NCBI GenBank assembly: GCA_018985225.1
Contig: JADGIF010000019.1
Location: 1-32,000 of the forward strand
Direction: 5' to 3'
Length of the DNA stretch: 32,000 nt
Origin: Amoeboradix gromovi X-113
Taxonomy: Eukaryota > Fungi > Sanchytriomycota
Shown here: positions 30,243 to 32,000 of the stretch, piece by piece
Layout: every line of letters starts with the position of its first letter
How positions within the stretch are numbered: the first letter of the stretch is position 1
Notes under the pieces: model-generated
Seen by the model: the letters and a program-made list of their open reading frames with translations, nothing else
What the model was told of the DNA's origin: nothing
The model's database searches: none
Program-made: the position numbers and the translations under genes

Positions 30243-30526
30243 GTACATTAATAAAAAGAGTTAAATTTACAAGTGATGTATTCAAAAAACTCCACAATGA
30301 GCTTATTATGGCAAAAGGAACACCATTGATGAAATACGAGTTGCAAACTATAGAAGAACAAGAATTTGAAAAGCATACTTTGAAGAAAAGATATGATATT
30401 ATGATGAAGGCAATGGACTCCCTAGAAAAAGACTACCCATGGCATTACAAGGAAGCAATAAAGGCAAAACCAAGAGAAGATTTGATATTTCCAAAAACTT
30501 TAAGAGCACCAGTAAATGAGGATTGA
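30239..30526 (+). CDS. Mitochondrial ribosomal protein mL40 (Mrpl28)-like
   Basis: YDIMMKAMDSLEKDYPWHYKEA...FPKTLRAP resembles the mL40 C-terminal core. Confidence 0.55.
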   Translation: MSTLIKRVKFTSDVFKKLHNELIMAKGTPLMKYELQTIEEQEFEKHTLKKRYDIMMKAMDSLEKDYPWHYKEAIKAKPREDLIFPKTLRAPVNED

Positions 30527-30639
30527 TAGGAATCAGTTCTATTTCAACTAAGATTTATCGTAATCAAATGACTTTCATAGTCCCAGTAGTCTTTACTAGA
30601 CCTTTGCGATAGAATAAGGGATACTCTGTTTTTCAGTTG

Positions 30640-30870
30640 TGACAAACTCAGCCAGAATGTTTAAAATTAAACGAGATTTCAACAGATAAAAATAGGCTAC
30701 TTTACCTTCAGAAAATGAGAAATAAAGTGGTCAAATGTATAGTCCCACCTCTAGTCTAAAACGTATTTTTTGGAAGCTGGAGAAAATTAATTTGGAGCCA
30801 TATGAATGTCCAAATTGTCTTTTGGAAATGAATAGATACCTAGCCAACCCGTCTCAGGGCACTTAGAGCA
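30640..30870 (+). pseudogene. Decayed Fanzor2/TnpB 3' fragment
   Basis: From 30688: KNRLLYLQKMRNKVVKCIVP / TSSLKRIFWKLEKINLEPYECPNCLLEMNRYLA. It retains the second CxxC and LE.(N/D)R. Confidence 0.62.
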
Positions 30871-31107
30871 ATAACTGGTGCACCGGGTCGATTGGTATTG
30901 TCAAAGTTTTGATTTTCTTATGAATTCAGGACTTCCAATGTGTGAGCTCCCATAAACACAATAATTCGTCTTGCCTTAATTTTCACATGATTGTTGAATG
31001 TTCTTTGAATCTATGCTCAGGTGTTAATCGATGTACCATAGACTATACTCTCTGAGTTTTAAGCTTGCTCAGTTATTAAGGGTTCGATTTTAAAACATTT
31101 GAAAAAT

Positions 31108-32000
31108 ATGAGTTTTCTGTTCAAGAGCTGGTCAGCTCAAATAGGGGACAAGGTCAGTTCATGCGGAACGCTAGACCTACATAAATATAAGGACTCTTAT
31201 ATATTCCAAAGTCAAAATAAAGACTATTATGAAAATATTTTAAAGAGGATTAAAACTCTTCAGCATCCAGGTATATTAAAATGTAAAATAGAGAATGACC
31301 AAATATTTACTAACGAGGCTATTCCTCTATTTAAGCATCAAATGTCTCAGGAATTATTAGTTTTAGGATTTCATCAGCTTTATAAAACCTTGAAGTTTCT
31401 TCATACTCAAGATATTATGCATGGAAATATATCAGAAGAGACTATATTTCTTGTCAACGGAGAATTTAAGCTGTTTGGGCTTGATATATGTTCCCCTATC
31501 AAAAATAATTTACTTTACAAAGCCTCGAATTTGAAGATTATTCAACTCTATCCTTCCAACCCTGATCCATCGACTATAGATGCTGTTCTTTTATACAAAC
31601 TTGCTTGCCAATTAGGTCTTGGCAGCACTTTAAGTCAGTATGATATATTAAAGTGGCCCGATGCTTTGTTTGGCACTCACTGGCTAATTCATATCAGTGA
31701 GGGTTTATCTAACTTCACCATTCTTAATCAAAACGAACGCCAACAGTTACTGTCTCTAATTAACAAGCACCAAGCTGATTTACCAAAAGACCTTTGCATT
31801 AGAGTTATTATTGACTTGATTAATGCATATCTTTATGCTAATGGTGGTAAGCCTGTTTTGAATACTCTGATCGCGCTTCTTCCTAAAATTCCCCATAATG
31901 ACCATTTGAATGACCAAATCTATGAGTTATTTGCTACCAAAGACATTGATGACCGTATTATAGTTCTGCAACACATTCAGTCGTTTAAAGTCTTTTTTAA
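31108..32000 (+). CDS. SCY1-like/CEX1 pseudokinase, running off the window
   Basis: MSFLFKSW...LKRIKTLQHPGILK...LGFHQLYKTLKFLH...MHGNISEETIFLVNGEFKLFGLD. It is open to the end of the window and absent from the ORF track because it has no stop. Confidence 0.85.
   Translation, partial: MSFLFKSWSAQIGDKVSSCGTLDLHKYKDSYIFQSQNKDYYENILKRIKTLQHPGILKCKIENDQIFTNEAIPLFKHQMSQELLVLGFHQLYKTLKFLHTQDIMHGNISEETIFLVNGEFKLFGLDICSPIKNNLLYKASNLKIIQLYPSNPDPSTIDAVLLYKLACQLGLGSTLSQYDILKWPDALFGTHWLIHISEGLSNFTILNQNERQQLLSLINKHQADLPKDLCIRVIIDLINAYLYANGGKPVLNTLIALLPKIPHNDHLNDQIYELFATKDIDDRIIVLQHIQSFKVFF

Overview
AT-rich, very gene-dense eukaryotic DNA in the standard genetic code. It is probably from a genome-reduced, flagellate early-diverging fungus or holomycotan (inference from fungal-type DPH7/RRG9/DCP2/ATR/EFL1 plus the ciliary gene CYB5D1). 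Housekeeping genes (RPL43, DPH7, TYW2, ZnT, LAMTOR2-like, RRG9-like, MGRN1-like, CYB5D1, DCP2, ATR, EFL1, mL40, SCY1-like) are tightly packed, and three are split by 19-20 nt spliceosomal introns. The main discovery is a 10,078-bp transposase-less element at 16928-27005, with 31-bp TIRs and an ATTT target-site duplication. It carries a HET/TIR-like gene, an MLKL/HeLo-like four-helix-bundle gene, a multi-TM gene and pseudogenes. It is inserted into a Fanzor2/TnpB pseudogene, and removing it restores the motif NEAF-TSQTCTRCG. The same TIR bounds three short MITE-like elements that retain a possible Fanzor1-like C-terminus, so they are candidate omegaRNA 'ghost' loci. Five more decayed Fanzor2 3' ends lie in other intergenic gaps, all on the + strand. 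All protein assignments are by eye from motifs; no searches were run.
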